Shown one piece after another: positions 1 to 9,595 of a stretch of DNA of 64,000 bases (position 1 is its first letter; each line of letters starts with the position of its first letter). The stretch lies in the NCBI GenBank assembly GCA_021731815.1, contig JAKFWO010000038.1, positions 224 through 64,223 of the forward strand, in the 5' to 3' direction. The position numbers and the translations under genes were made by a program. The DNA is from Hyphomonadaceae bacterium (GTDB lineage: Bacteria; Pseudomonadota; Alphaproteobacteria; Caulobacterales; Aquidulcibacteraceae). The notes under the pieces are model-generated. The model was not told the origin of the DNA. It made no database searches and worked only from the letters and a program-made list of their open reading frames with translations.

Positions 1-661
1 GCGTCACCGCCGCGAAATTCGGTGCCGCCTGAAAGGCCAAGGCCGCGAGGATGGTGAGCTTGTGGGCTGCATCCCCCCCCGAAATGTCGAGAATGGGATC
101 GGCCTCGGCAAAGCCACGGGCCTGGGCATCGGCGAGCGCGTCGGCAAAATTTCGGCCGGTGGCTTCCATTTCCGAGAGGATGAAATTGCAGGTGCCGTTC
201 AGGACACCTGCCACCGTGTCGATTTGGGCACCCGCCAGCGAATCGCGCATGGCGCGCACGATGGGCACCCCACCCGCCACTGCGGCCTCGAACAAAAGCG
301 AGGTCTGCCGGGCTTCCGCCAGTTCCGCCAGCGCGGTTCCGTGCAAGGCCAGCAACGCCTTGTTGGCGGTGACCACCGGTTTGCCCGCGGCCAGGGCCGC
401 CTCGACCGCCGCTTTGGCGGGGCCGTCGGAACCGCCGATCAGTTCCACAAAGGCGTCGATCCCCGGGTCGCGCGCCAGGAGGACGGGATCGTCGAACCAG
501 GCAAAACCGGAAATATCCACGCCGCGCGGCCGCGTGCGGTGACGGGCTGACACTCCGGCGACCATGATCGCCCCGGAATCCGGGCCTTCCATGCGCGCGA
601 GCAGGCGCAGAAGCCCCTCCCCCACCACGCCGAGACCTGCAATTCCGATACGCAATGTCAT
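1..661 (-). CDS. hom: homoserine dehydrogenase, N-terminal ~220 codons (3' end lies beyond position 1)
   Basis: Absent from the ORF track because it is open at the window edge. Reverse-strand translation from ATG 661-659 is stop-free to position 1: [21 protein letters not shown]...[16 protein letters not shown]...[23 protein letters not shown]...[14 protein letters not shown]...[28 protein letters not shown]. These are the NAD-binding and catalytic-domain motifs of homoserine dehydrogenase. Plus-strand ORFs 51..542 and 62..550 are its shadows. Confidence 0.85.
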   Translation of the reverse strand, partial: MTLRIGIAGLGVVGEGLLRLLARMEGPDSGAIMVAGVSARHRTRPRGVDISGFAWFDDPVLLARDPGIDAFVELIGGSDGPAKAAVEAALAAGKPVVTANKALLALHGTALAELAEARQTSLLFEAAVAGGVPIVRAMRDSLAGAQIDTVAGVLNGTCNFILSEMEATGRNFADALADAQARGFAEADPILDISGGDAAHKLTILAALAFQAAPNFAAVT

Positions 662-693
662 TTGCCTCCTCGCTCCCTTTGCCCGAAGCTGAT

Positions 694-1902
694 TCAGGAC
701 ACTTTATCCGACAGAAATTTCTTCACGGCGCGCGCGGCCTGGCGGATCCGGTGCTCGTTTTCCACCAGCGCAAAGCGCACAAACCCCTCACCATATTCGC
801 CGAAACCGACGCCGGGGGAAACGGCCACACCCGCTGCTTCCAACAATTTCTGGCAAAAAGCCATCGAGCCCGCCTCGCGCCAGGCCTCCGGGATCGGTGC
901 CCAGGCAAACATCGAGGCCTTTGGCACGGGTATGGACCAGCCCGCACGCCCAAAAGCATCCACCAGCGTATCGCGCCGGGCACGATAGATGTCGCGCACC
1001 TCGTCGACATGTTCCTGCGGGCCATTGAGGGCGGCAGCCGCAGCCACCTGGATCGGCGTATAGGCCCCGTAATCGAGATAGGATTTCACCCGCGCGAGTG
1101 CGGCGATCAGCCGCTCATTGCCCACCGCGCAGCCCACCCGCAACCCGGCCATCGACCAGGATTTCGACAGGGTATTGACCTCCACCGCAATATCCTTTGC
1201 GCCATCGATCTCGAGGATCGATGGCGGGGGATTATCGAACCAGATCTCGGAATAGGCGATATCCGACAGGATATAGAGCCCATGTGCCCGGGCGAAGGCG
1301 ACGGCTTCCTTGTAGAAATCGAGATCGACCGTCTCGGCCGTCGGGTTCGACGGATAACACAGGATCATGGCGATCGGTGCGGGGGTCGAATAGCGCACCG
1401 CCCGCCCGAGGCCCGACAGATATTCCTCTGCCGACAATGCACGGATATGGCGGATGGTCGCCCCCGCCATGATAAAGCCATAGGCATGGATCGGATAAGA
1501 CGGATTGGGCGCGAGAATGACATCGCCCGGCGCGCTGATGGCATGGGCGAGATTGGCAAAGCCTTCTTTCGACCCCAAAGTCGCCACCACTTCGCGGTCG
1601 GGATCAAGTCTCACGCCGAAGCGGCGCTGATAATAGCCCGCAAATGCCTTGCGCAGACCCGGAATCCCGCGCGAGGCGGAATAACGGTTGCTGCGCGGCT
1701 TGCGCACCGTCTCGATCAGCTTGTCCATCACATGGGCCGGCAAAGGCAGATCGGGATTGCCCATGGACAGATCGACGACATCGACCCCCTTTGCCTTGAG
1801 CTCGGCCGCCTTTTTCTTGATCGGTTCGAAAACATAGGGCGGCAGACGGCGGATCTGGTGGAAATCCGGCAGGCCGGGAAGGGCTTTCACGATTTCGGGC
1901 AT
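694..1902 (-). CDS. PLP-dependent aminotransferase, class I/II (alanine/LL-diaminopimelate-type; substrate not assignable)
   Basis: 402-aa ORF with an ATG start. Class I/II aminotransferase motifs are present: GNPDLP, CYPSNPT, and the PLP-lysine segment [15 protein letters not shown]. It lies 32 bp upstream of hom on the same strand. Confidence 0.85.
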   Translation of the reverse strand: MPEIVKALPGLPDFHQIRRLPPYVFEPIKKKAAELKAKGVDVVDLSMGNPDLPLPAHVMDKLIETVRKPRSNRYSASRGIPGLRKAFAGYYQRRFGVRLDPDREVVATLGSKEGFANLAHAISAPGDVILAPNPSYPIHAYGFIMAGATIRHIRALSAEEYLSGLGRAVRYSTPAPIAMILCYPSNPTAETVDLDFYKEAVAFARAHGLYILSDIAYSEIWFDNPPPSILEIDGAKDIAVEVNTLSKSWSMAGLRVGCAVGNERLIAALARVKSYLDYGAYTPIQVAAAAALNGPQEHVDEVRDIYRARRDTLVDAFGRAGWSIPVPKASMFAWAPIPEAWREAGSMAFCQKLLEAAGVAVSPGVGFGEYGEGFVRFALVENEHRIRQAARAVKKFLSDKVS

Positions 1903-1948
1903 GTTTCAGGGCTGAACTCGGGAACCGGGAGCGAAAGGATACGCAGCA

Positions 1949-2374
1949 TCATTCCGCAAAAGCCGGAAGTGGCCGCGGCGGCGAAACCGGGGGCGCATCA
2001 TTGGCCAGCGGCACCAGACCCGGAGCAATCAGGGCTGCCACACGGGTGCGAAAATTTTCGACCGGCTCTCCGGGCGGGACAGCGAGTTCGAGTGCACGCG
2101 CCGCCAGGACAGCCCGGATACGAACCAGATCATCGCCAAATCCCTGCCATTCGGGCGTTGTCCGCAACGGAGCCACGGGCAACACAAGTTCCGCAAAACG
2201 CGGCACGCGCTTTGCTGACTTTTCATTAACCCGATTCTTGTACCAGTCCGGTGCATCTGCCGGCGTGGAAATCGACGCGCATCCAGTCAGAACGCCAAGG
2301 CTCGCCATGATCGCCCCCGGAATAGCCAAAGTCCTGTTGGCCAATCGTCTGGTCGCTTGTCGAGTTCCCTTCAT
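1949..2374 (-). CDS. hypothetical lipoprotein
   Basis: Track ORF 1949..2440 starts at a TTG. I trimmed it to ATG 2374, which is preceded by AAGGAAAG. The N-terminus MKGTRQATRRLANRTLAIPGAIMASLGVLTGC has a signal peptide plus lipobox (LTGC). No recognisable family. Confidence 0.5.
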   Translation of the reverse strand: MKGTRQATRRLANRTLAIPGAIMASLGVLTGCASISTPADAPDWYKNRVNEKSAKRVPRFAELVLPVAPLRTTPEWQGFGDDLVRIRAVLAARALELAVPPGEPVENFRTRVAALIAPGLVPLANDAPPVSPPRPLPAFAE

Positions 2375-2526
2375 TGTGGAACACTTTCCTTGTCCGTGAG
2401 GAACACGATATTTACCGGGATTTGCCCGGATCTGACGCAATCATGCAGGGATCAGCCCTGCCGGGGATAACAGGTTCGGGTCGGGAGGCCTGAACCAATT
2501 CGACGGAGAACGCATTCTGGCTCTTT

Positions 2527-2556
2527 TTCCCAACGAATGGAACCATTCGTTGGGAA
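2527..2556. promoter_or_regulatory. 30-bp perfect palindrome (candidate operator) in the divergent lipoprotein/phaC promoter region
   Basis: TTCCCAACGAATGG-AA-CCATTCGTTGGGAA: 14-bp arms are exact reverse complements with a 2-nt centre. It sits ~85-115 bp upstream of the phaC ATG. The flanking genes diverge, so it is not a terminator. Confidence 0.5.
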
Positions 2557-2640
2557 CAACGCCCGCAATTCGGTGCTTCGAACCGGGTATTTGCGCATGT
2601 CATTGCATGTTTTACGCGTTTGTGAAGAGGGACGGCGAAA

Positions 2641-4587
2641 ATGATAGAACATCCTCACCTGCGGGCCACAGGCGGAACGGGTGACGTTTCGGTGACTGAC
2701 CAGGGAACCACTCCGCCCGCCGGCACGATCAGCAAGGATGCCCCCGCACCGGCCGGCAATGTTGCTGCCCCCCGCCCGGCAGGGACCTCTGTCGCGCCTG
2801 CGGGACGCAGCCTCTATGACGAATTGCGCGGCCTTGACCCTGAAACCGTTCAGGGTCTGGTCGGAAGTTTTCAATCGGTCTTTGCCCGCCTTGCCGAGGC
2901 CGGGTTTCTGACGGTCGATCCCAATGCGCCACGCGGCATGCTCTATGACCGGCCGGACCCGTTCGGAGCCAATCCCGCGATCGCGCGCGCTGCTTCCGCC
3001 CTCTGGCAGGAGCCGATGCGTATCCACACCGCCCAGACCGAATTGTGGAATACCCTGTCGGGCGTGTGGACCGAATATCTCGGGCGGCTATCGGGGAATC
3101 CGGCGAAGCCCGCGCCCGACAAGCGCTTCAAGGACCCCGAATGGTCCCAGAATCCGCAATATGAATTGCTGGTGCGCACTTATCTTGCGGTCTCGGACTT
3201 TTTCCTGCGCCAGGCCGAGACCGCACCCGGCCTGAGTGAAGCCGAAAAGCGCAAGGCGGTGTTCTTCACGCGCGAAAAGCTCGATGCCCTGTCACCCGCC
3301 AATTTCGCCGGCATCAACCCCCAGATCATCCGCGAGGCCATTCGCACCAAGGGCCAAAGCCTGCTGGACGGGATCGAGAATTACATCAATGACACCAAAC
3401 GTGGACAGGGGAACCTGAAGATCAGCCAGACCGATTTCACAAAATATGAAGTCGGCAAGAATATCGCCACGACACCCGGAAAGGTGGTGTTCCGCAATCG
3501 CCTGATCGAATTGCTGCAATATTCACCAACAACCGAGAAAGTATTCCGGACGCCGCTTCTGATCTTTCCGCCATGGATCAATAAATTCTACATCATGGAT
3601 CTGACGCCGGCTAATTCCATGATCCGCTGGCTGACCGATCAGGGGTTCACCGTCTTTCTGGTGTCCTGGGCCAATCCCGACCAAAGCACCAAGGACCTCG
3701 TTTTCGAGGATTATGCCAAAGAAGGCGTGTTCCCGGCGCTCGAGGCGGTCGCGCAAGCCACCGGCGAGAAGGATTGCAATGTCATCGGCTATTGTATTGG
3801 CGGGACAATGTTGTCATCGACCCTCGCTTATATGGGCCAGACCGGCGACAAGCGCATCAAATCGGCGACTTTTTTCGCCGCCCAGACCGATTTTTCCGAA
3901 GCCGGGGATTTGCTGATCTTCACCGATGATATGGCTTTTGATTATCTCCAGAACCTGATCGATCGCAATGACGGTATTCTGGACGGTCAATATATGTCCG
4001 CCACCTTCAATCTCTTGCGCGGCAATGATCTCATCTGGCGCTATTGGGTGGACAATTATCTGCTGGGCAAGACGCCGCCGGCCTTTGACCTCCTGTACTG
4101 GAACGCCGACCAGACCCGGATGACCCGCGGCACCCATCTGTATTACATCGATAATTACTATCGGAACAACCGGTTGTCGCGCGGCGAACTCAAATTTCTC
4201 GGCAAGCGCGTCAATTTGGCTGACATCAGGATCCCGGTCTTTTTCCAGGCCGGCCGCGAGGACCACATCGCGCCCTATGGCTCGATCTACAAGGGGGCGC
4301 GGAAATTCGGCGGGCCCGTGCGCTTCATGCTCGCCGGTTCGGGGCATATTGCCGGCGTCATCAATCATCCGGCGCAGGGTAAATATCAGCACTGGATCAA
4401 TGATTCGCTTCCCGCCACAGCGGACGCATGGCTGCTCGGAGCCGAAGAGCGCAAGGGATCGTGGTGGCCGAGCTGGCTCGAATGGCTCGCCCCGCGCTCA
4501 GGGGCGAAAGTTCCCGCCCGCGAGCCCGGCGATCACGATCTGCCGGTGCTGGGCGATGCCCCGGGCGACTATGTCCGGGTGACGTGA
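2641..4587 (+). CDS. phaC: class I poly(3-hydroxyalkanoate) synthase
   Basis: 648-aa ORF. It has the PhaC N-terminal region (FKDPEW, PPWINKFYIMDL) and the lipase-box-like catalytic cysteine motif NVIGYCIGGTML. Downstream Asp/His motifs are GREDHIAP and GSGHIAG. Confidence 0.9.
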   Translation: MIEHPHLRATGGTGDVSVTDQGTTPPAGTISKDAPAPAGNVAAPRPAGTSVAPAGRSLYDELRGLDPETVQGLVGSFQSVFARLAEAGFLTVDPNAPRGMLYDRPDPFGANPAIARAASALWQEPMRIHTAQTELWNTLSGVWTEYLGRLSGNPAKPAPDKRFKDPEWSQNPQYELLVRTYLAVSDFFLRQAETAPGLSEAEKRKAVFFTREKLDALSPANFAGINPQIIREAIRTKGQSLLDGIENYINDTKRGQGNLKISQTDFTKYEVGKNIATTPGKVVFRNRLIELLQYSPTTEKVFRTPLLIFPPWINKFYIMDLTPANSMIRWLTDQGFTVFLVSWANPDQSTKDLVFEDYAKEGVFPALEAVAQATGEKDCNVIGYCIGGTMLSSTLAYMGQTGDKRIKSATFFAAQTDFSEAGDLLIFTDDMAFDYLQNLIDRNDGILDGQYMSATFNLLRGNDLIWRYWVDNYLLGKTPPAFDLLYWNADQTRMTRGTHLYYIDNYYRNNRLSRGELKFLGKRVNLADIRIPVFFQAGREDHIAPYGSIYKGARKFGGPVRFMLAGSGHIAGVINHPAQGKYQHWINDSLPATADAWLLGAEERKGSWWPSWLEWLAPRSGAKVPAREPGDHDLPVLGDAPGDYVRVT

Positions 4588-4667
4588 GCGGGTTCGGATT
4601 AACCCGTGGCTGCGTGAGGTGGCGCCGGCGCATTTCCGGCCGGGCTCTCCTCTCACGCTCCAAAACC

Positions 4668-6350
4668 TCACACCCGCAGCACGCTGATTTCGACCAGCGG
4701 TTTCTTCCCCCACACCGCTTCGGCTTCGCGCCGCACCGTCCGGCGCAATGCGTTCTCAATCGCCTCGTCATCGTCCTTCTGGCCGCGGTCGAGCTTGAGA
4801 AAGCTGTTCTCGGCCGCGTCCTCGATCCGTTCCAGCGCCGAATGCTGATGGGCCGCCGTGCTGGCGGACAGGCCCGACACCCGGAGCTCCGGGCCTGAGA
4901 GCAATTTCCCCGATTCGCTCACCGCCAGCGACAGGTGGATGATCCCGGCAAAAGCGAGCTTTGCACGCTCGCGCAGGGATTCAGACCCCTCCGGCGTCAA
5001 GACCGAGCCATCGAGGAACAGGCGCCCCGCCGGGGTTTCGTCGATCACGGCAGCCGGACCAGGCGCGAGACGGATCATGTCGCCATTGCGCGGGGTCAGC
5101 GTCTCGCTGATCTGGAGGGAGCGCGCAAGTGCTGCATGCTCCAGAATATGGCGCCGCTCCCCATGGGTGGGAATGGCGACGCGCGGTCGAACCCATTGAT
5201 ACATCAGCCGCAATTCCTCGCGGCAGGGATGACCTGACACATGGATCGGCCGGTCGTGATCGGTGATCACCTGCACACCGCATTCGACAAGGCGGTTCTG
5301 GAGATCGAAGATCTTCTGCTCATTGCCCGGAATGACGCGCGAGGAGAACAGGACAGAATCGCCGAGTCCGAGCCGCATTGTCGGGTGATTGCCGGACGCA
5401 ATGCGCGACAGGGCGGCCTGGGGCTCCCCCTGCGAACCGGTGCATAACAGCATCACATTTTCAGGGGCGAGATGGGCGGCATCCTGTTCGCTGATCACGG
5501 GTGCCGCCGCCTTCAACAGCCCGACTTCCTTCGCCGCCCCATAGATGCGGCGCATCGAGCGCCCGACCAGACACACGCTGCGGCCCGCCGCTTCCGCCGC
5601 CAGCAGCGCGCTTTCGAAGCGCGCGACATTGGAGGCAAAACAGGCCACGGCCACGCGGCCCTTCTGCTCGGCCACAACGCGGATGAGTTCGGCCCGGACA
5701 TCGGCCTCCGATCCCGCATGGCCCTCGACAAACACATTGGTGCTGTCGCAGATCATGGCGATCACGCCTTCGTCGGCCAGCGCGCGCAGGGCAGTCTCGT
5801 CGGTGACGGCTCCGATCAACGGATCGGGATCGATCTTCCAGTCGCCGGTATGGAGCACGAGCCCCAGCGGCGTGCGGATGGCCAGCCCATTGGGCTCGGG
5901 AATCGAATGGGTGAGCGTGATGAGCTGGAGGTCGAACGGGCCGATCGAAAACCGGCCATCCAGCGGTTCGACATGAATTTTCACGAGGCGATCGAGCCCT
6001 GCCTCGCGCAATTTTTCGCGCGCCAGAACAGCAGTGAACGGTGTTGCATAAACCGGCACCCGGAAGCGCGGCCATAAATGGGCGATTGCACCGACATGGT
6101 CCTCATGGGCGTGGGTGAGCACGATGGCAAGGACATCCTCGTCTTCCAGAAATTCCGGATCGGCCATGATGATATCGATGCCCGGCGTGGTTGCATCGCC
6201 GAAGGTGACGCCGATATCGACGATGATCCATTGGCGGGCTTCCGGCGGTCCATAGCCATAGGCGTTGAGATTCATCCCGATCTCGTTGGAGCCACCGAGC
6301 GGCAGAAAGACAAATTCGGCATCGTCGAGGGTCTTGCGGCGCGCGGCCAT
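4668..6350 (-). CDS. rnj: ribonuclease J (metallo-beta-lactamase/beta-CASP RNase)
   Basis: 560 aa with an ATG start. Metallo-beta-lactamase motif LTHAHEDHVGA. Length and layout are typical of RNase J. It follows coaX, as in many Alphaproteobacteria. Confidence 0.85.
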   Translation of the reverse strand: MAARRKTLDDAEFVFLPLGGSNEIGMNLNAYGYGPPEARQWIIVDIGVTFGDATTPGIDIIMADPEFLEDEDVLAIVLTHAHEDHVGAIAHLWPRFRVPVYATPFTAVLAREKLREAGLDRLVKIHVEPLDGRFSIGPFDLQLITLTHSIPEPNGLAIRTPLGLVLHTGDWKIDPDPLIGAVTDETALRALADEGVIAMICDSTNVFVEGHAGSEADVRAELIRVVAEQKGRVAVACFASNVARFESALLAAEAAGRSVCLVGRSMRRIYGAAKEVGLLKAAAPVISEQDAAHLAPENVMLLCTGSQGEPQAALSRIASGNHPTMRLGLGDSVLFSSRVIPGNEQKIFDLQNRLVECGVQVITDHDRPIHVSGHPCREELRLMYQWVRPRVAIPTHGERRHILEHAALARSLQISETLTPRNGDMIRLAPGPAAVIDETPAGRLFLDGSVLTPEGSESLRERAKLAFAGIIHLSLAVSESGKLLSGPELRVSGLSASTAAHQHSALERIEDAAENSFLKLDRGQKDDDEAIENALRRTVRREAEAVWGKKPLVEISVLRV

Positions 6351-6361
6351 TCATTGATTCC

Positions 6362-6385
6362 TGAAAAAGGCGGTTCACCGCCGGA
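6362..6385 (-). terminator. short GC hairpin plus T5 tract between coaX and rnj (candidate terminator or leader structure)
   Basis: Minus strand reads GGCGG-TGAA-CCGCC followed by TTTTT (plus-strand 6369-6382 ggcggttcaccgcc preceded by aaaaa). It lies 165 nt after the coaX stop. Only ~12 nt separate it from the AGGAA Shine-Dalgarno of rnj. The stem is only 5 bp. Confidence 0.35.
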
Positions 6386-6547
6386 TAGGTGAAATATTCC
6401 CCGCAGATCGTGGCGGGCGAACGGGAAATGCAAAGCCCGCTCCCAAAGAACGGAGATTGCATGGCCACATTATTATGAAAGCGGGATTTGCAGTTTGCCG
6501 GTCCGGTTTTCGCCGGGGATCGCATGAATTCAGTTATTCTGCCTTTG

Positions 6548-7327
6548 TCATCGCCGCGCCCGGGTGCGGTGCCAGACCTCCAGCAAGCCACGAATCGGCA
6601 AATCCTGGTCGTAATGGTCGATGGTCGAGGACGCGCCCTCGAACAGGGACGCCACACCACCGGTGGCTGCGACCTTCATCGGCGCGCCATATTCGGCCTT
6701 GATCCGGGTAACCAGCCCGTCGATCAGGCCAACATAGCCCCAGAACAGTCCGGATTGCATGGCGCTGATCGTATCGCGGCCGATCACATCGGCCGGCTTG
6801 CGAATGGCGATGCGGGGCAGCACTGCGGCGGCCCGGTGCAGCGCCTCCATCGACAGATTAATGCCCGGCGCAATCACCCCGCCCTCGAAACCACCATCGG
6901 GACCCACCACGTCAAAGGTGGTGGCGGTGCCGGAATCGATGACGATCAGCGGTCCGCCATAGGTGATGAACCCGCCGATCGCGTCGATCAGGCGGTCGGC
7001 CCCCGCTTCGGAGGGCTTGGGGATCCGCACTTCGATGTCCAGTACGGCATTCTCCCCGACCACGATCGGTTCGGCCGACAAATAACGACGCGAGAAATTG
7101 CGCAGATGGAACAGGGATTGCGGCACTACGCTCGAAATGATGCAATCGGTGAAAGTCTTGAAATCAAGCCCCGACAGGCTCGCCATTTGCGACAGCCACA
7201 CCGCATATTCATCGGCCGTGCGGGTGGAATCGGTGGCGGTTCGCCATTGGGCCCGCCAATCCGTGCCGTCATGAACCGCATATTTGGTGTTGGTATTGCC
7301 CTGTTCGACCACCAGAAGCATCGACAT
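6548..7327 (-). CDS. coaX: type III pantothenate kinase
   Basis: 259 aa. N-terminal [15 protein letters not shown] and [11 protein letters not shown] are the ASKHA-fold phosphate motifs of CoaX. Confidence 0.9.
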   Translation of the reverse strand: MSMLLVVEQGNTNTKYAVHDGTDWRAQWRTATDSTRTADEYAVWLSQMASLSGLDFKTFTDCIISSVVPQSLFHLRNFSRRYLSAEPIVVGENAVLDIEVRIPKPSEAGADRLIDAIGGFITYGGPLIVIDSGTATTFDVVGPDGGFEGGVIAPGINLSMEALHRAAAVLPRIAIRKPADVIGRDTISAMQSGLFWGYVGLIDGLVTRIKAEYGAPMKVAATGGVASLFEGASSTIDHYDQDLPIRGLLEVWHRTRARR

Positions 7328-7336
7328 TCCCTTTGT

Positions 7337-8125
7337 TCAAGCAAGTGCAGCGGGCAAGAGCGCGGATTGGGGCACGATCACGTCGCCAGCCGCAATCGCC
7401 AGAACGGTTCCGTCTTCGACCTCGAGCCGGAGTGCCCCGTCCGCATCCAGCCCTCGCAGGCGGCCTTTGATCTGGCCCGCGCCCGGATCCACTGTCACCG
7501 TTTCACCAAGGCCGGCCGCCACACGGGTCCAGGCCGTGGCAAGGGGCGCGAAGCCGTCGCGCCACAGGATTTCGCTCCAGCCGGCAAAGCGGGGCGCGAG
7601 GGCATTCAGCATGGAATCGGGGTCCGGCGCGGATGCGACATGGCCAGACACGGAGCCGGTCCGGTATCCGTCAAGGTCAGGCGCGGATGCGAGATTGAGC
7701 CCGATCCCCGCCGCCAGCCAGAAGGGCCCCTCCGTTTCCCCGGAACCATCCGCGACCCAGGATTCGAGCAGAATGCCGCCCAGTTTCGCCCCCCCGATCA
7801 GCAGATCATTCGGCCATTTCAACTTGATGTCGGGGACGCCGAAATCCCGTTCCAGCGTCTCCGACACCGCGAGGCCGAGTGCAAATCCCAGAAGCGCAAG
7901 GCGCGAGCGGGGACCAGGCAGCAGATGAAGCCAGGTGGCAGCGAGATTGCCGGGCGCGCTTGCCCATTCCCGGCCACGGCGCCCGCGCCCATGGGTCTGG
8001 ATTCGGGCGGAAATCCAAAGCGGCGCCTGCCATGGCGCGATCGCGTGATTGCGTGCCTCGTCCTGGGTCGAACCGGATTCCGCGAGCCTCAGCATCCGGC
8101 AGGGCGAGAATCCGGGCGGGATCAT
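7337..8125 (-). CDS. birA: biotin--[acetyl-CoA-carboxylase] ligase (no N-terminal HTH domain)
   Basis: 262 aa. Motifs GRGRRGREW and KWPNDLLIGGAKLGGILLE. The ATG overlaps the nuoN stop (ATGA at 8122-8125). Confidence 0.85.
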   Translation of the reverse strand: MIPPGFSPCRMLRLAESGSTQDEARNHAIAPWQAPLWISARIQTHGRGRRGREWASAPGNLAATWLHLLPGPRSRLALLGFALGLAVSETLERDFGVPDIKLKWPNDLLIGGAKLGGILLESWVADGSGETEGPFWLAAGIGLNLASAPDLDGYRTGSVSGHVASAPDPDSMLNALAPRFAGWSEILWRDGFAPLATAWTRVAAGLGETVTVDPGAGQIKGRLRGLDADGALRLEVEDGTVLAIAAGDVIVPQSALLPAALA

Positions 8126-9561
8126 TGCCCGGCGGCGATCCGCGCCGCGCTCTCGATGATACCGAAAAAGCCGAGGCCGACCAGCACGAAGATCGCCGCG
8201 AGGTCCATGGTCAGCGCCGTGGCAGGCCCGCGCGGCGCGATTTCCACGACAGGCTCGTCAAACCACATACGGGCGATGAGGATGAGATAATAGCCGGCCG
8301 CCACCACCGTCGCCACACAGGCAATAGCCCACAAGGCGACATATCCGGCCTCGAGCGCCGCGGTGAAGACATAAAGCTTTCCCCAGAAGCCCAGAAGCGG
8401 CGGCACGCCGGCGATCGAAAAGAACAATATGGTCATGGCAATCGCCATGCCCGGCCGGCTTTTCGACAGGCCCTTGAAGCCGTCGAGTGTCTCGACCGCT
8501 CCGTCAGGTCCGCGTAAAGCCGCAAGGCCCGCAAACACCCCCACGACGGTCAGGGAATAGATTCCCATATAAAGCAGAACGGCCTGCCCCCCCAAAGCGG
8601 GGCCCGTGGCAATGGCCATCAGGGCAAAGCCCACATTATTGATCGAAGAATAGGCCAAAAGCCGCTTGATATTCTTCTGGGTCAGGGCACCAATGGCCCC
8701 CCAGACCATGGAAATCGCAGCAATGACCTGCAAAACGCCCGCCCAATCGGAAAAAGCGGGACCGAAGGGCTCGAACAATACCCGGGCAAAGATGGCCACC
8801 GCCGCCATCTTGGGCGCCGAGGCAAAAAAGGCGACCACCGGCAGAGGTGCGCCCTCATAGACATCCGGCGTCCACATGTGGAAGGGGGCCGCCGAGCATT
8901 TGAAGGCCAGCCCGCAAATGATGAAGACGAGCCCGAACAGCAGCGGGATATCGGAATAGGTGGCGGCGGCAATGCCTGCGAAATCGATCGCCCCGGTAAA
9001 GCCATAAACCAGCGAGGACCCGTACAGGATGAAGCCGGAAGCCAGCGCCCCCAGCACGAAATATTTGAGTCCGGCCTCGGTCGCGCGGCGGTCGTCGCGG
9101 GCGAAGGCCGCCAGCACATAGGATGGCAGGCTCAGCATCTCGACCCCGAGATAGAGCACGATGAGGTCATCGGCCGACAGCATGACCATGAGCCCGGCGC
9201 TGGCGAGGCCAATCAGCGGGGCAAATTCGAAGCCCGACAATCCGAAGCGGGCACGATGCCCCTCCCCCATCAGCAGCACGATGGCCGCGCAGGAAATCGC
9301 CACGATCTTGGCAAAGGCGATGAAGGAAGTAGAGCGGAATGCTCCGCCAAAGGCCGAATATTCCGCGCGCGGGTCGCCCTGGAAATGGTAGAGCACCAGC
9401 GCCGCACCGAGGATGAGGCCGATCACCGCCGCGAAAGTGGCAAAGCCCGAACCCATGCGCTTCGGCAGGAATAATCCGCCCAGTAAGCCGATGGTCGCCC
9501 CGCCGAGCACTGCCAGTTCGGGCGCAACGACCGTGATGCTTTCGCGTAGGGAATCAACCAT
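8122..9561 (-). CDS. nuoN: NADH-quinone oxidoreductase subunit N
   Basis: The track ORF runs to 9705 and would overlap nuoM. I trimmed it to ATG 9561 (MVDSLRESITVVAPELAVLGG...), 34 nt after the nuoM stop. It is a polytopic antiporter-like subunit and the last gene of the nuo block. Confidence 0.9.
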   Translation of the reverse strand: MVDSLRESITVVAPELAVLGGATIGLLGGLFLPKRMGSGFATFAAVIGLILGAALVLYHFQGDPRAEYSAFGGAFRSTSFIAFAKIVAISCAAIVLLMGEGHRARFGLSGFEFAPLIGLASAGLMVMLSADDLIVLYLGVEMLSLPSYVLAAFARDDRRATEAGLKYFVLGALASGFILYGSSLVYGFTGAIDFAGIAAATYSDIPLLFGLVFIICGLAFKCSAAPFHMWTPDVYEGAPLPVVAFFASAPKMAAVAIFARVLFEPFGPAFSDWAGVLQVIAAISMVWGAIGALTQKNIKRLLAYSSINNVGFALMAIATGPALGGQAVLLYMGIYSLTVVGVFAGLAALRGPDGAVETLDGFKGLSKSRPGMAIAMTILFFSIAGVPPLLGFWGKLYVFTAALEAGYVALWAIACVATVVAAGYYLILIARMWFDEPVVEIAPRGPATALTMDLAAIFVLVGLGFFGIIESAARIAAGQ

Positions 9562-9595
9562 TGGGAGACCTTGTTGGTTCAGAAATGAGCACAGG

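Noticed and set aside
51-550. Two plus-strand ORFs (163 and 162 aa) at the left edge
   Set aside because: The minus strand here encodes an unmistakable homoserine dehydrogenase N-terminus that the track missed because it is open-ended. The plus-strand ORFs are its shadows.
655-2229. 524-aa plus-strand ORF, together with 662..988 and 1197..1472
   Set aside because: It lies entirely antisense to the well-supported aminotransferase (694..1902) and the lipoprotein gene. The product is Arg/Pro/Gly-rich, as expected for the wrong frame of GC-rich DNA. It has no motifs and no RBS.
6488-8290. 600-aa plus-strand ORF spanning coaX and birA
   Set aside because: It is antisense to two genes with clear catalytic motifs and has a low-complexity R/G/P-rich translation. 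It is a typical GC-driven shadow ORF. The same reasoning applies to 11149..12489, 14982..17141, 19001..20038, 20595..21515, 21191..22099, 23689..24822, 29486..31075, 36956..37909, 37955..39151, 40148..41272, 50342..51571, 52430..53200, 55125..57614 and 58007..59017.
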